This document shows, piece by piece, positions 47,399-57,717 of a stretch of 64,000 nucleotides of DNA. Every line of letters starts with the position of its first letter. Positions within the stretch are counted from its first letter, which is position 1. Made by a program: the position numbers and the translations under genes. Source of the DNA: Chrysochromulina tobinii (lineage: Eukaryota); assembly GCA_001275005.1 (NCBI GenBank), contig JWZX01003345.1:1-64000 (forward strand), given 5' to 3'. The notes beneath the pieces were generated by a model. The model saw nothing but the letters and a program-made list of their open reading frames with translations. It was not told the origin of the DNA and did not search any database.

Positions 47399-49072
47399 AT
47401 GCTACTTGCTGACGATTTAGAACAACTATTAAACGTTTTACCTGCATTTATAAATGCTCCTTTAGAAAAACACCCAAGACGGGAATATTTAATTGAAGTA
47501 GTTCTTGATATTGGGCGAAGACCAGAAGCGCGTTTTTCTGATGGTACGGAATATTTATCTTATCGAACTATTGTTTGGCAAGATATTGATTCAATTCTTA
47601 AAAAACTAGGAAAATTTAGTGGAGATAATCGTGCAGGTATAGAAAGAACGCTTCACCGAATAAGTTCTCTTAAAAATCGAAAGGGAAGTGTTATAGGTTT
47701 AACCTGTAGAATTGGTAGGGCTGTTTTTGGTACCGTGAGCATAGTAAGAGATTTACTTGAACAAAAAAAATCAATATTATTGCTTGGCCGACCAGGTGTA
47801 GGAAAAACAACAGCTATTCGAGAAATCGCACGTGTTTTATCTGATGGTATGAAGAAGAGGGTTATTATTATTGATACTTCTAATGAGATCGCAGGAGATG
47901 GCGATTTACCGCATCCGTCTATCGGTAAAGCAAGACGTATGCAAGTGTCAAACCAACAAAATCAACATGAGGTTATGATTGAAGCTGTCGAGAATCATAT
48001 GCCAGAAATCATCATAATTGATGAAATAGGTACAGAATTAGAGGCGGCAGCTGCACGTACAATTGCAGAAAGAGGTGTACAACTTGTTGGTACGGTTCAT
48101 GGTAATTCATTAGAAAATCTTATTAAAAACCCCACAATTTCTGATTTAATTGGTGGTATCCAATATGTAACATTAGGGGATGAAGAAGCTAAACGACGTG
48201 GTTCCTCAAAAAGTATTTTAGAAAGAAAAGCTCCTCCTACGTTTGAAATAGCAATAGAAATTCATGATCCAAAAATGTGGGTTATTCATGAAAGCATTGA
48301 ACATTCTGTGGATCTGCTATTACAAGGACAAAGCCTTCCAATACAAAAACGGTCGCTGCTTAAAACAATACCCAATTTTGTAGACTGCAAAATTGTATAT
48401 AACCAAAAAGATAATGGTTCCGTTACCGAAAATTTTGTAAAACGTGCTGGAATTGACAAAAAACAAAAAAATAATTACTTACTCGATCGTTTTACCTCTA
48501 ATGAAAAAACAAAAACAAAGAAGCTCTTAAAAACAAACAGCGCAATCAAAACGCAATTAAAACAAGAATTTACTTTCGTATATATCTACGGAATAAATAA
48601 TCAGGATTTAAAAACTTTAATCAAAACATTAAGGTTACCAATTATAATAACAAAAGAAATTCAATATGCAGATGCTATTTTAGCGTTAGCTAATTTGGTT
48701 AAAAGTAATCGGAAATTAAAACAAATTTCGCATTCAAAAAAAATAACTATACACACAATACAAAATAATAGCTTAGTCAAAATAGCTAAAGCTTTAAGAC
48801 TATTAGCCAAAAAAAAATCAATTATACCTACTGCTCAAGATACTGATACTGCAAGGTTATCAAAACTTATTAGTAGAGAATTTTTAACCCCATTAGAAGA
48901 AGCAAGGCTGGCAATAGAAGAAGTAGTCATACCCAATAACATAACGATTGATTTACTTCCAAGGAATAGTGAGCTTCGGAAGCAACAACATGAATTAATT
49001 TCGCATTACCGATTAAAAAGTTTTAGTGTAGGTAAAGGGAAAAAAAGGAGAATTAGAATTTTTTCGAATTAA
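47399..49072 (+). CDS. ycf45: Ycf45, SpoIIIAA-like AAA ATPase with R3H domain
   Basis: GRPGVGKTT, DTSNEIAGDGD, IDEIG, C-terminal R.QQH (R3H). Confidence 0.93.
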   Translation: MLLADDLEQLLNVLPAFINAPLEKHPRREYLIEVVLDIGRRPEARFSDGTEYLSYRTIVWQDIDSILKKLGKFSGDNRAGIERTLHRISSLKNRKGSVIGLTCRIGRAVFGTVSIVRDLLEQKKSILLLGRPGVGKTTAIREIARVLSDGMKKRVIIIDTSNEIAGDGDLPHPSIGKARRMQVSNQQNQHEVMIEAVENHMPEIIIIDEIGTELEAAAARTIAERGVQLVGTVHGNSLENLIKNPTISDLIGGIQYVTLGDEEAKRRGSSKSILERKAPPTFEIAIEIHDPKMWVIHESIEHSVDLLLQGQSLPIQKRSLLKTIPNFVDCKIVYNQKDNGSVTENFVKRAGIDKKQKNNYLLDRFTSNEKTKTKKLLKTNSAIKTQLKQEFTFVYIYGINNQDLKTLIKTLRLPIIITKEIQYADAILALANLVKSNRKLKQISHSKKITIHTIQNNSLVKIAKALRLLAKKKSIIPTAQDTDTARLSKLISREFLTPLEEARLAIEEVVIPNNITIDLLPRNSELRKQQHELISHYRLKSFSVGKGKKRRIRIFSN

Positions 49073-49213
49073 ACCGTAAATATTAATTAAATTTTTTATT
49101 TTAAAATCTTCTTATCTATATAAATAACTAAAGGAAAGCTGATTCTAAGAATCATGAAATGGTTGAACCTTGATTTATAAATCATTATTTTATAATATAT
49201 AATTGTAGCATTT

Positions 49214-49284
49214 GCGGGTATAGTTTAGTGGTAGAACCTTAGCCTTCCAAGCTAATGATGAGAGTTCGATTCTCTCTACCCGCT
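49214..49284 (+). tRNA. trnG: tRNA-Gly(UCC)
   Basis: GCGGGTATAGTTTAGTGG...TTAGC-CTTCCAA-GCTAA. Confidence 0.95.
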
Positions 49285-49774
49285 ATTAAGTTTAAATTTT
49301 ACGCACGAGTATTAAACTAGTTTGAATACTGTTTTTAGATATTAAAGGTACAATTAATACTCAATTTTTCAAGATTGATATATTCGTCAAAACTCCATAC
49401 CCTATATAAAAAACTTAGTAACCGTTTCAGTCTTTGCTATTTTTTACTTCTACTTTCTTTAAATAAACCCTGAGGGTTTACGATTTTAATTACCCGAAAA
49501 GTTACCTACAAATTTATAGTCTTCCTAGAACTAAAAGGGTGTCAAAAAAAGTCATATAAGCTTAGTATATAGAAAATTGAATTACAACCGGGAAATATTG
49601 TCAAAAAACCTGAAATCCGATATATAATTTATTCAAGTAGCTTTTAAAAAAGTATTAGATACTTTGTGTCTAAGTTATAATCTTAGTTTTACGAGAGTAT
49701 CTTTAAAATATTTCTTGTAGGTTACTACAAGAAGTAAAAACAGTTAATTTTAATATTTAGTAGGAGAAAGAGTT

Positions 49775-50029
49775 GTGTCAGGTGGTTCAACAGGAGAAAG
49801 ACCTTTTACGGATATTTTAACGAGTGTTCGTTATTGGATTATTCACAGCATTACTATCCCAGCGCTGTTCGTTGCTGGTTTTCTTTTCGTTAGTACGGGA
49901 TTAGCGTATGATGCTTTTGGTACACCGCGTCCGAATGAGTACTTTACTCAAGATCGTCAGCAGATACCTTTAGTTAACGATCGTTTTAGTGCAAAACAGG
50001 AACTTGAGGACTTAACGAAGGGATTATAA
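49775..50029 (+). CDS. psbE: Cytochrome b559 alpha (GTG start, AGGAG SD)
   Basis: [21 protein letters not shown]. Confidence 0.98.
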   Translation: MSGGSTGERPFTDILTSVRYWIIHSITIPALFVAGFLFVSTGLAYDAFGTPRPNEYFTQDRQQIPLVNDRFSAKQELEDLTKGL

Positions 50030-50053
50030 ATACAAAAACGCACGTTTTATTTC

Positions 50054-50182
50054 ATGATCAATACAAATCAACCAGTTGCATACCCTATTTTCACATTTCG
50101 TTGGCTTACTATTCACGCATTAGCTGTACCAACGGTATTCTTCCTTGGTGCAATTACATCAATGCAATTTATTCAACGATAG
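50054..50182 (+). CDS. psbF: Cytochrome b559 beta
   Basis: Manual translation [33 protein letters not shown]. Confidence 0.97.
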   Translation: MINTNQPVAYPIFTFRWLTIHALAVPTVFFLGAITSMQFIQR

Positions 50183-50311
<129 letters not shown>

Positions 50312-50380
50312 GTTTACATAAAGGATTTCTTGAAAAAGTTGTTCTATTACGAACTTTGTTAATCTTTAATTATAATCGAT

Positions 50381-50500
50381 ATGAGTGATATAGGTCGAAT
50401 TCCTCTTTGGATGGTGGCTACAGTTGGTGGCCTTGCCGCCCTAGGTTTATTAACACTTTTCTTCTTCGGAGCGTATTCTGGATTAGGTTCGTCTCTATAA
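50381..50500 (+). CDS. psbJ: Photosystem II protein J
   Basis: Manual translation [13 protein letters not shown]...[10 protein letters not shown]. Confidence 0.97.
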   Translation: MSDIGRIPLWMVATVGGLAALGLLTLFFFGAYSGLGSSL

Positions 50501-50527
50501 AACGAACAAATAAATTACGAAGAAAAG

Positions 50528-50568
50528 GCATTTAAGGCATAGGTTATTTTAACCTATGCCTTAAATGC
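50528..50568. terminator. Hairpin between psbJ and convergent trnE
   Basis: GCATTTAAGGCATAGGTTA-ttt-TAACCTATGCCTTAAATGC. Confidence 0.8.
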
Positions 50569-50674
50569 TTTTTTATATTTTATAAGGTATCAATTTAAAA
50601 TATTTAACAATTTTTTTAGTTGATAAAAAAATAAACGAATACAGTAGAGATTTTATTCTATTAAGTAGGTTTAA

Positions 50675-50747
50675 TACCCCCAGGGGAATTCGAATCCCCG
50701 TTACTTCCGTGAAAGGGAAATGTCCTAGGCCTCTAGACGATGGGGGC
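50675..50747 (-). tRNA. trnE: tRNA-Glu(UUC)
   Basis: GCCCCCATCGTCTAGAGGCCTAGGAC...CTTTCAC...GATTCGAATT. Confidence 0.96.
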
Positions 50748-50770
50748 AAGTAAGTATTGTTCACATAAAC

Positions 50771-50799
50771 AATATATATTATTTAAGGAAAGTTGTCAA
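50771..50799 (-). promoter_or_regulatory. Sigma70-type promoter for trnE
   Basis: TTGACA-N17-TATATT on the minus strand. Confidence 0.65.
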
Positions 50800-51063
50800 G
50801 ACTTTTGTTTAAAAAGACGCCTAGACAACAACCCCTAAACTAACTAAATTTTTACAGCTGTGAGGAAGCATAATATTAGAAGTAACAAGAACGAACTTTC
50901 TCCTACTACTTGACGATTATCGATAAGGGTTATTACAGCGGAAATCTAAGCTTTAACAAAAGACCAACCGCATAGAATACAAGTTTTACTTTATCTATTA
51001 TTTTAGTAATAAGCTTAACAATACAGGGCTGAATACATTATACCCGGGAATACCCTGTATATA

Positions 51064-52014
51064 TTAAAGATTTACATTTTTAATGCTTGGGGAATTATTC
51101 AAAAACATTTCTAATATTTCTTCTTTAAATATCTTTGTCGCACTAGAATGGTAACGCTTTGAGTTTAACAATATAGATAAAGTACGTTTAATAGTTATCC
51201 CATCAATTTTTGCCCAATGCAACATATCTAATTCAAGTTCTTTAGAGATCGCCGAAACAGATACAAAAGCCGCACCTAAACCCGAATGAACCGCATTTTT
51301 GATTGCTTCAATCGAATTTAACTCCATTTCAATTTTAAAATAACTACTGTCAATTCCGTTTTGTGTTAAAGTATTTTCAATAACACTTCGAATTGTTGAT
51401 TGGGGGTTTAATGCGATGAAACGAAGACGGTAAAGGTCTTCCTTTTGGATGTAATCTAAAGATGAAAATGGGTGAGAAGGTGGTAAAATAAGTGCAAGTT
51501 CGTCTTCAGCATATGAGGTTATATCTAAATTTACACGCAATTCCGGCGGTACTTCGCCACCAACAATAGCCAAATCTATTCGCCCGTCAGCTACCGCCCA
51601 AGAAATTTTTCTTGTTGAATGCACTTGTAATTCTATAGCAATTTGTGGGTATTTATGCCTAAAGATCCCAATTAACCTCGGCATTAAATATGTGCCTGTT
51701 GTTTGACTAGCCCCAATAATTAAAGCACCTGACTGTAAAGCATTTAATTCATCTAAGGCACGACATGTTTCCTCGCACAGATTTAAAATTCTTTCGCAAT
51801 ATTTAATTAATAATTGTCCCGTTTCCGTTAAACGTGCCTTCCTTTTATCTCTATAAAATAATGGGGTATTAAGCTGTCGTTCCAAATTTTGGATCTGAAG
51901 GCTAACTGCTGGTTGAGAAATGTATAATTTTTCTGCGGCTCTTTTAAAACTACCTTCCGTGGAGATAGCGTGCAAAATGTTTAACTGGTCAAGTGTAAAG
52001 GGAAGATCAGACAT
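51064..52014 (-). CDS. rbcR: LysR-family regulator RbcR (Ycf30)
   Basis: [39 protein letters not shown]. Confidence 0.96.
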   Translation of the reverse strand: MSDLPFTLDQLNILHAISTEGSFKRAAEKLYISQPAVSLQIQNLERQLNTPLFYRDKRKARLTETGQLLIKYCERILNLCEETCRALDELNALQSGALIIGASQTTGTYLMPRLIGIFRHKYPQIAIELQVHSTRKISWAVADGRIDLAIVGGEVPPELRVNLDITSYAEDELALILPPSHPFSSLDYIQKEDLYRLRFIALNPQSTIRSVIENTLTQNGIDSSYFKIEMELNSIEAIKNAVHSGLGAAFVSVSAISKELELDMLHWAKIDGITIKRTLSILLNSKRYHSSATKIFKEEILEMFLNNSPSIKNVNL

Positions 52015-52218
52015 AAATAATAATGATAAGCCTTTCTGAATACTCTCAAACTTTAATTAGAAATATATATATATATTAAACACAACAGGGGATATGGGCT
52101 AATCCAATCAATAGTAAAAGATTTGAATACGAAAAATTGTCTTTTGATAAAGACTAATGCTGTAAAAGATGTATAATAGTATTCAAATAAAAAACATTTT
52201 ATTATTTGTAGACAGAAT

Positions 52219-52329
52219 ATGGCAGATTCTAGACTTGTAGTTGTTTTATTTCCACTATTAGCAGCTGCTTCGTGGGCTTTATTTAATATCGGTCGAGTTG
52301 CGTTACAACAGCTAAAACGAATGTCTTAA
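52219..52329 (+). CDS. psbY: Photosystem II protein Y
   Basis: Manual translation [36 protein letters not shown]. Confidence 0.93.
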   Translation: MADSRLVVVLFPLLAAASWALFNIGRVALQQLKRMS

Positions 52330-52453
52330 TCTAAAGATATTAAATATTGGGATAAGGGTATTTATACTTTTTTGTTCAAAACATATGAAAAAGGACCAAA
52401 ACAAAAATGTTTGGTCCTTTTTTTCTTTGGGGTTGTCAAAAACTAAAACTTTT

Positions 52454-53269
52454 TTACTTGTTACTTGTTCTATCCCTAAAGGTGTTAATCATTCGGCGTA
52501 TCGGATTTTTAGAAAATGAAGAATCTAACTCATTAAAAACAACCTCCTCACCTATTAACCGACGTGTTGTATTTTCAAACGCAATCCTTGGCAAACAAAC
52601 CTTATCGTCTAAAACAATAGGTTCTCCACGATTAGACGCAATAATTATTTTTTCTGTATCAGGTATAACACCTATTAATGGTATACCAAGTATACTTATA
52701 ACGTCTTCAATAGACATCATATCATCGTTTTTAACCATGTTTGGTCGGATGCGATTAATGACCAACCCCATTTTATTAACATTTTTCGACATCATAATAC
52801 CTATGACTCTATCAGCGTCACGGATTGAAGGTACTTCCGGAGTTACAACAACAATTGCTTCATTTACACATTCAATTGCTGTTAAAAACCCAGTATCGAT
52901 TCCCGCAGGACTATCAACTAAAATATAATCATAATTATTTTCAAGTTTATTAACAAGATCTTTAATTTGAGCACCTGTAACAGGTGTTTCTGTACGATTA
53001 GAAGCTAATGGGAGGAAGGATAACTTTGGTTGACGTTTGTCTTTTATTAGTGCTTGTTCTAGTCTACAATTTTCATTTAATACGTCTAGACCAGTATATA
53101 TAATACGGTTCTCAAGACCTAACAAGAGATCAAGATTACGCAAACCAACATCTGCGTCGATAAGTAATGTTCGGTATCCAAAACGCGCAAGGGACATTCC
53201 TATATTTGCAGTCGTTGTTGTTTTTCCTACACCACCTTTGCCAGAAGTTATGACTATAACACGGGCCAT
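52454..53269 (-). CDS. minD: Septum site-determining protein MinD
   Basis: TSGKGGVGKTT, DADVGLRNLDLLLGLENR, SIRDADRVIG. Confidence 0.97.
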   Translation of the reverse strand: MARVIVITSGKGGVGKTTTTANIGMSLARFGYRTLLIDADVGLRNLDLLLGLENRIIYTGLDVLNENCRLEQALIKDKRQPKLSFLPLASNRTETPVTGAQIKDLVNKLENNYDYILVDSPAGIDTGFLTAIECVNEAIVVVTPEVPSIRDADRVIGIMMSKNVNKMGLVINRIRPNMVKNDDMMSIEDVISILGIPLIGVIPDTEKIIIASNRGEPIVLDDKVCLPRIAFENTTRRLIGEEVVFNELDSSFSKNPIRRMINTFRDRTSNK

Positions 53270-53373
53270 AATGGTTTTATGCTTTAAATATGTAACACTT
53301 TAATAAGTATAACATTTTAACAAATGTTATTTATTCGTTTATAATATGGAAAAATATTCAAAAAAAGGGGGTT

Positions 53374-54180
53374 ATGCATATACTCGAAAATGATAATTTG
53401 GTTATTTCGGGCCGAAGCTTTTCTTCTCGCTTAATGCTGGGTACTGGTAAATACAAAAATTTTCAAGAAGCAAATGAGGCTATATTAGCAAGTAATTGCG
53501 AAATTCTTACTGTAGCTATTCGACGTGCCCAAAACTCAAGTGTAGACAGTATTGATAAATTACTAGAGACTTTTGATTGGACAAAAATTTGGTTGATGCC
53601 AAATACTGCTGGTTGTCAAACAGCCGAGCAAGCTATTAGATTAGCTTTTTTAGGTCGCGAAATTCTAAAAAACTTAAATTATGAAAACAATAACTTTATA
53701 AAATTAGAAGTAATACCTGATCCAAAATACCTCCTGCCAGATAGTATAGGCACAATGGCTGCTGCTGAATATCTTATTAGTAAGGGGTTTGCTGTTTTAC
53801 CTTACATAAACGCAGACCCAATCCTGGCCAAGCAACTCGAAGAAATTGGTTGCGCAACAGTTATGCCGCTGGGTTCACCTATAGGTTCTAATAAAGGTTT
53901 AAAGAATTTATATAATATAAATATTATTGTTGAAGGTGCAAATATACCTGTAATAATTGATGCTGGAATTGGTTCACCAAGTCAAGCCGCGCAAGCAATG
54001 GAAATAGGTGCAGATGGTGTTTTGACTAATACAGCTATTGCGAAAGCTAACTCCCCAATACAGATGGCTTATGGGATGAGACTTGCTGTAGAAGCGGGCA
54101 GAATAGGTTACCTAGCAGGAAAAGCAAAAGCTATGACAATAGCCCAACCAAGTTCACCCACTTATGGAATTTCTAAATAA
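53374..54180 (+). CDS. thiG: Thiazole synthase
   Basis: [32 protein letters not shown]. Confidence 0.97.
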   Translation: MHILENDNLVISGRSFSSRLMLGTGKYKNFQEANEAILASNCEILTVAIRRAQNSSVDSIDKLLETFDWTKIWLMPNTAGCQTAEQAIRLAFLGREILKNLNYENNNFIKLEVIPDPKYLLPDSIGTMAAAEYLISKGFAVLPYINADPILAKQLEEIGCATVMPLGSPIGSNKGLKNLYNINIIVEGANIPVIIDAGIGSPSQAAQAMEIGADGVLTNTAIAKANSPIQMAYGMRLAVEAGRIGYLAGKAKAMTIAQPSSPTYGISK

Positions 54181-54288
54181 TTTTTTATAATTCATGTTAT
54201 ATTATTATTCAGCTATTATTAATTAATAAACTTCTGGCGACAGATTTAAACATTTTTAACTAATATTTATAAGACAAGTATTTTATTT

Positions 54289-55341
54289 ATGGTTACAGCA
54301 AAAAAACTTAACAGTGAAAGACCCGTTTTCCCTTTTACTGCTATTATTGGTCAAGAAGAAATGAAACTTGCACTAATCTTAAATGTAATTGACCCAAGAA
54401 TTGGTGGTGTAATGATCATGGGTGATCGTGGTACAGGAAAATCTACGACTATCAGAGCCGTAGCAGATCTATTACCGGCCATAGAAGTAGCAAAAGATGA
54501 CCCTTTTAACTCTTCTATCACTGACTTCGAATTAATGAGTGAAAGTGTTAAAAAAGCAGTGGAAAACCAACAAGAAGTTTTAACCGAATATAAAAAAGTT
54601 CCAATGGTTGATTTACCTCTCGGTGCAACGGAGGACCGTGTATGTGGTACTATCGATATTGAAAAGGCTTTAACTGAAGGTGTAAAAGCTTTTGAGCCTG
54701 GTCTTTTAGCGAAAGCTAACCGTGGAATTCTTTATGTAGACGAGGTAAACTTATTAGATGACCACTTAGTAGATATATTACTAGACTCTGCTGCTTCAGG
54801 GTGGAACACTGTTGAAAGAGAAGGTATTTCTATTAAGCACCCAGCACGCTTTGTTCTTGTAGGTTCAGGAAACCCAGAAGAGGGTGAATTAAGACCCCAA
54901 CTATTAGACCGTTTTGGTATGCACGCTGAAATTCGAACAGTAAGAGATCCAGAAACACGTGTTCGTGTAGTTGAAGAGCGAAGTAATTTTGACCAAAACC
55001 CAGACGAATGCTTAGCCGCAAATGCTGCGCAGTTAGAGCAACTTAAGAAAAAAATCGGCGATGCCCAACAACTTCTTCCTAATGTAGTATTAGATTATGA
55101 ATATCGTGTTAAAATTTCACAGGTTTGTGGGGGCTTAAACGTTGATGGATTACGTGGTGATATTGTAATAAATCGAGCAGCAAAAGCTTACGCTGCATAC
55201 AATGGCAGAACTAAAGTGGAATTAGAAGATATTGAAAAGGTTATTGTATTATGTTTAAGACACAGACTTAGAAAAGACCCTTTAGAAACAATTGATTCTG
55301 GTGATAAAGTACGTACTACTTTTGAAGAGGTTTTCAAATAA
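54289..55341 (+). CDS. chlI: Magnesium chelatase subunit I
   Basis: [31 protein letters not shown]. Confidence 0.98.
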   Translation: MVTAKKLNSERPVFPFTAIIGQEEMKLALILNVIDPRIGGVMIMGDRGTGKSTTIRAVADLLPAIEVAKDDPFNSSITDFELMSESVKKAVENQQEVLTEYKKVPMVDLPLGATEDRVCGTIDIEKALTEGVKAFEPGLLAKANRGILYVDEVNLLDDHLVDILLDSAASGWNTVEREGISIKHPARFVLVGSGNPEEGELRPQLLDRFGMHAEIRTVRDPETRVRVVEERSNFDQNPDECLAANAAQLEQLKKKIGDAQQLLPNVVLDYEYRVKISQVCGGLNVDGLRGDIVINRAAKAYAAYNGRTKVELEDIEKVIVLCLRHRLRKDPLETIDSGDKVRTTFEEVFK

Positions 55342-55346
55342 TTAAA

Positions 55347-55419
55347 TGGGCTCAGTAGGATTCGAACCTACATTAGAGACTTAGAAGGTCCCTGTCCTAA
55401 TCCCTTAGACGATGAACCC
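55347..55419 (-). tRNA. trnR: tRNA-Arg(UCU)
   Basis: GGGTTCATCGTCTAAGGG...CTTCTAA...GGTTCGAATCC. Confidence 0.93.
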
Positions 55420-55486
55420 AAAACTCAAAAAAAGACCGGAGAATAAACCTTATTTACCGGTCTAATTTAACTTTGTGTAACAAACC

Positions 55487-55558
55487 TGGGCGGTATAGGA
55501 TTTGAACCTATGACCACCTGCTTGTAAGGCAGGCGCTCTACCACTGAGCTAACCGCCC
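55487..55558 (-). tRNA. trnV: tRNA-Val(UAC)
   Basis: GGGCGGTTAGCTCAGTGG...CCTGC-CTTACAA-GCAGG. Confidence 0.95.
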
Positions 55559-55640
55559 CTCTAACTTATATAATAGCTAAACTTAGCTATTTTGTAAATA
55601 GGAAAATGAGATTGTTAATTATTCCGTTAATAATAAAGTT

Positions 55641-57119
55641 ATGAACCCACTACACAATTCTAGTTTTATATCATCTAAAGAGAATGAACATGTTTATAAA
55701 GACAAAGGAAATTTCGAAATAATATCAAATTTAAAGAATTCAAAAACAATAGAATTTTTTGAATATCTTTACTCTTATCCTCCCAAATTTACTATAAAAT
55801 GTGATTCACTTGATGAATTAACTCAAGACCTTTTTCTTGAAAATAATTATGGCGTTCTGGAACATAGTTTTCCATTCATTGATTTTGCGGAGGATTTATT
55901 TTTTCAAGGAACACCACAAACAGCAGTACGCCAAGAATATAAATTAAATGACTTTGTTGATGGATATTTCGATAAACTTTACTCCTCAACCTTTTATCAG
56001 AAAAAAACCAAAAATATTCAAAATACCTTAGCATCTGTACCAATTTTTGTAATTATAAATGGGCATAAAGAAATCGTTCTAAGTAAACCCATTAATTCTA
56101 GCCGATCAGAAGCTCGTACACGAGCAATCGACAAAACTCTTTATGAATATTGCGGGGCCTTTGACCCTCTGACAGAAAGCCACCCAAAACTTGGATTTTT
56201 CTTTTTTAGCCGCATAGACGCCCAAAATTATCTTCAAGAAATTGCCAAATCTGATATTGATGGAACAAAAACTGTGGGTTTATCGGTTAATTGCATAGGT
56301 CTTAACTCCGCCTACCGTATAACCCGTGAACATCACCCAGGCATTGATTTTAGATTTGTGCCGGACTATCAAGAAGTTAAAACTTTATTAAAAGTTAAAT
56401 TAAGCAAATCAAGCTTAATAGTGGATGATGAACAACAACAATTACGTTTTCGACCACGAAGTGCAAATTTATTGCCATATTTTGGAAAAATAGGTAATTG
56501 GTTACTCCCAACCCGATCTTTTTTACAAAAAAATGAATACTTTAAAGGCGTACCCATTTATATAGTCCAAGTTCGAAAAGAACCAAGAAATTTGGTTACG
56601 GAACAATATTTTACAGTAATGGATAAATTAGATTCTGCCTGGGGAAAATTATTACAATTCTCAGACTCTTTACTTGGTTTTGGGCATAATTGGATAATGC
56701 AGGGTTCTTTAAAAGAAAGAGAAACGTCAAAAGACTATATAAATTTCATTTTTTTTAACGAAAAAGACGCAACAGATTTTGTTAAAAAACAAGGAAGAAA
56801 AGTAGCTCGTTATAGTGGAAGTCGAACGTCAAATATAGAATTGTTAGTATGTAAACCGAAGGTATTTGTATATAATCTAGAAGATTTTTTAGAATCTTGG
56901 GAAGAAAATCTATTAACAGATTTAAGTGGGAAGAGCGTACAAACGATATTCGATGCAAATAAAATATTTTTTATACCATCAACATTTGTAAGTAACGAAC
57001 TTCCGACAATTACAGGACAGGAAAAACAATTATTTCTAGAAGTTAAAGAGACATTAAATTTAAAATATAGACTATTTAAACGTTACGTAGGTTTTCTTTT
57101 CAGCGTAGGTTATGCTTAA
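55641..57119 (+). CDS. ycf80: Ycf80-like protein (Tic22-like repeats)
   Basis: LASVPIFVI.N and FKGVPIYIV motifs, each followed by FF....A..(F/Y), resembling the Tic22 two-repeat fold. Confidence 0.6.
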   Translation: MNPLHNSSFISSKENEHVYKDKGNFEIISNLKNSKTIEFFEYLYSYPPKFTIKCDSLDELTQDLFLENNYGVLEHSFPFIDFAEDLFFQGTPQTAVRQEYKLNDFVDGYFDKLYSSTFYQKKTKNIQNTLASVPIFVIINGHKEIVLSKPINSSRSEARTRAIDKTLYEYCGAFDPLTESHPKLGFFFFSRIDAQNYLQEIAKSDIDGTKTVGLSVNCIGLNSAYRITREHHPGIDFRFVPDYQEVKTLLKVKLSKSSLIVDDEQQQLRFRPRSANLLPYFGKIGNWLLPTRSFLQKNEYFKGVPIYIVQVRKEPRNLVTEQYFTVMDKLDSAWGKLLQFSDSLLGFGHNWIMQGSLKERETSKDYINFIFFNEKDATDFVKKQGRKVARYSGSRTSNIELLVCKPKVFVYNLEDFLESWEENLLTDLSGKSVQTIFDANKIFFIPSTFVSNELPTITGQEKQLFLEVKETLNLKYRLFKRYVGFLFSVGYA

Positions 57120-57148
57120 AAGGCATTTTATAATCGTTCAATACTAAT

Positions 57149-57178
57149 TTGACAAATACAATGATATTTTAATATGCT
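57149..57178 (+). promoter_or_regulatory. Sigma70-type promoter for ssrA
   Basis: TTGACA-N18-TATGCT, 11 nt upstream of the tmRNA 5' end. Confidence 0.55.
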
Positions 57179-57189
57179 TTAATAATATC

Positions 57190-57512
57190 GGGGCTGTTTC
57201 GGATTCGACATTTAGACTTCTTTCTATATGTTCAAATAGTTTATAAAACTGTATACCAAAATAAGTGCAAACAACATCTTATCTTTTATTACAAGAACTA
57301 ACAAAAACCAGTTAGCACTGGCTTAGTTTCTTGATTTGTCAGCAAATACAATTTTCGGTATTTGCTGAACTTTTTTAATAATCAGCGTTTAAATAAAGAA
57401 GAAGCACATATAACATTATATGTAGAGACTAAATCGTAATGGTTATTCTAAAAAGAGATACCCAATAGTTTAGAGATCTAAATGGACGTGGGTTCAAGTC
57501 CCACCAGCTCCA
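57190..57512 (+). ncRNA. ssrA: tmRNA
   Basis: GGGGCTG...GGATTCGAC 5' end; GGTTCAAGTCCCACCAGCTCCA 3' end with G3-U70; tag ORF at 57267-57326 reads ANNILSFITRTNKNQLALA*. Confidence 0.93.
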
Positions 57513-57517
57513 ACGAA

Positions 57518-57602
57518 GCATCTGTAGCCCAGTGGCCGAAGGCATCGGACTCATAATCCGCTTCTCACAGAGACAACGCTGGTTCGAATCCAGCCAGATG
57601 CA
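57518..57602 (+). tRNA. trnI: tRNA(CAU) with long variable arm, probably tRNA-Ile(CAU)
   Basis: GCATCTG/CAGATGC acceptor stem, CTCATAA loop, 85 nt; acceptor resembles plastid trnI-CAU; Ile versus Met identity is inferred. Confidence 0.8.
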
Positions 57603-57644
57603 TATTAAGTTAGATTTAAAAAAGACATTAAAAATATTTTGACC

Positions 57645-57717
57645 AAGGCTAAGAGGGAGTCGAACCCTCGACACCCAGAACCGGAATCTGGTGCTCTGTC
57701 CGCTGAGCCATAAGCCT
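57645..57717 (-). tRNA. trnR: tRNA-Arg(CCG)
   Basis: AGGCTTATGGCTCAGCGG...CCAGA-TTCCGGT-TCTGG...GGTTCGACTCC; one U-U mismatch in the acceptor stem. Confidence 0.9.

Noticed and set aside
50573..50764. 63-aa ORF on the minus strand
   Set aside because: Overlaps tRNA-Glu entirely; it is a translation of the tRNA and flanking AT-rich DNA
50893..50903. GGAGAAAGTTC on the minus strand resembling the RNase P RNA 5' motif GAGGAAAGTCC
   Set aside because: Imperfect match, only about 145 nt to trnE, and no 3' P4 partner motif found
57429..57674. 81-aa ORF on the minus strand
   Set aside because: Runs across the tmRNA and two tRNA genes; no coding signal
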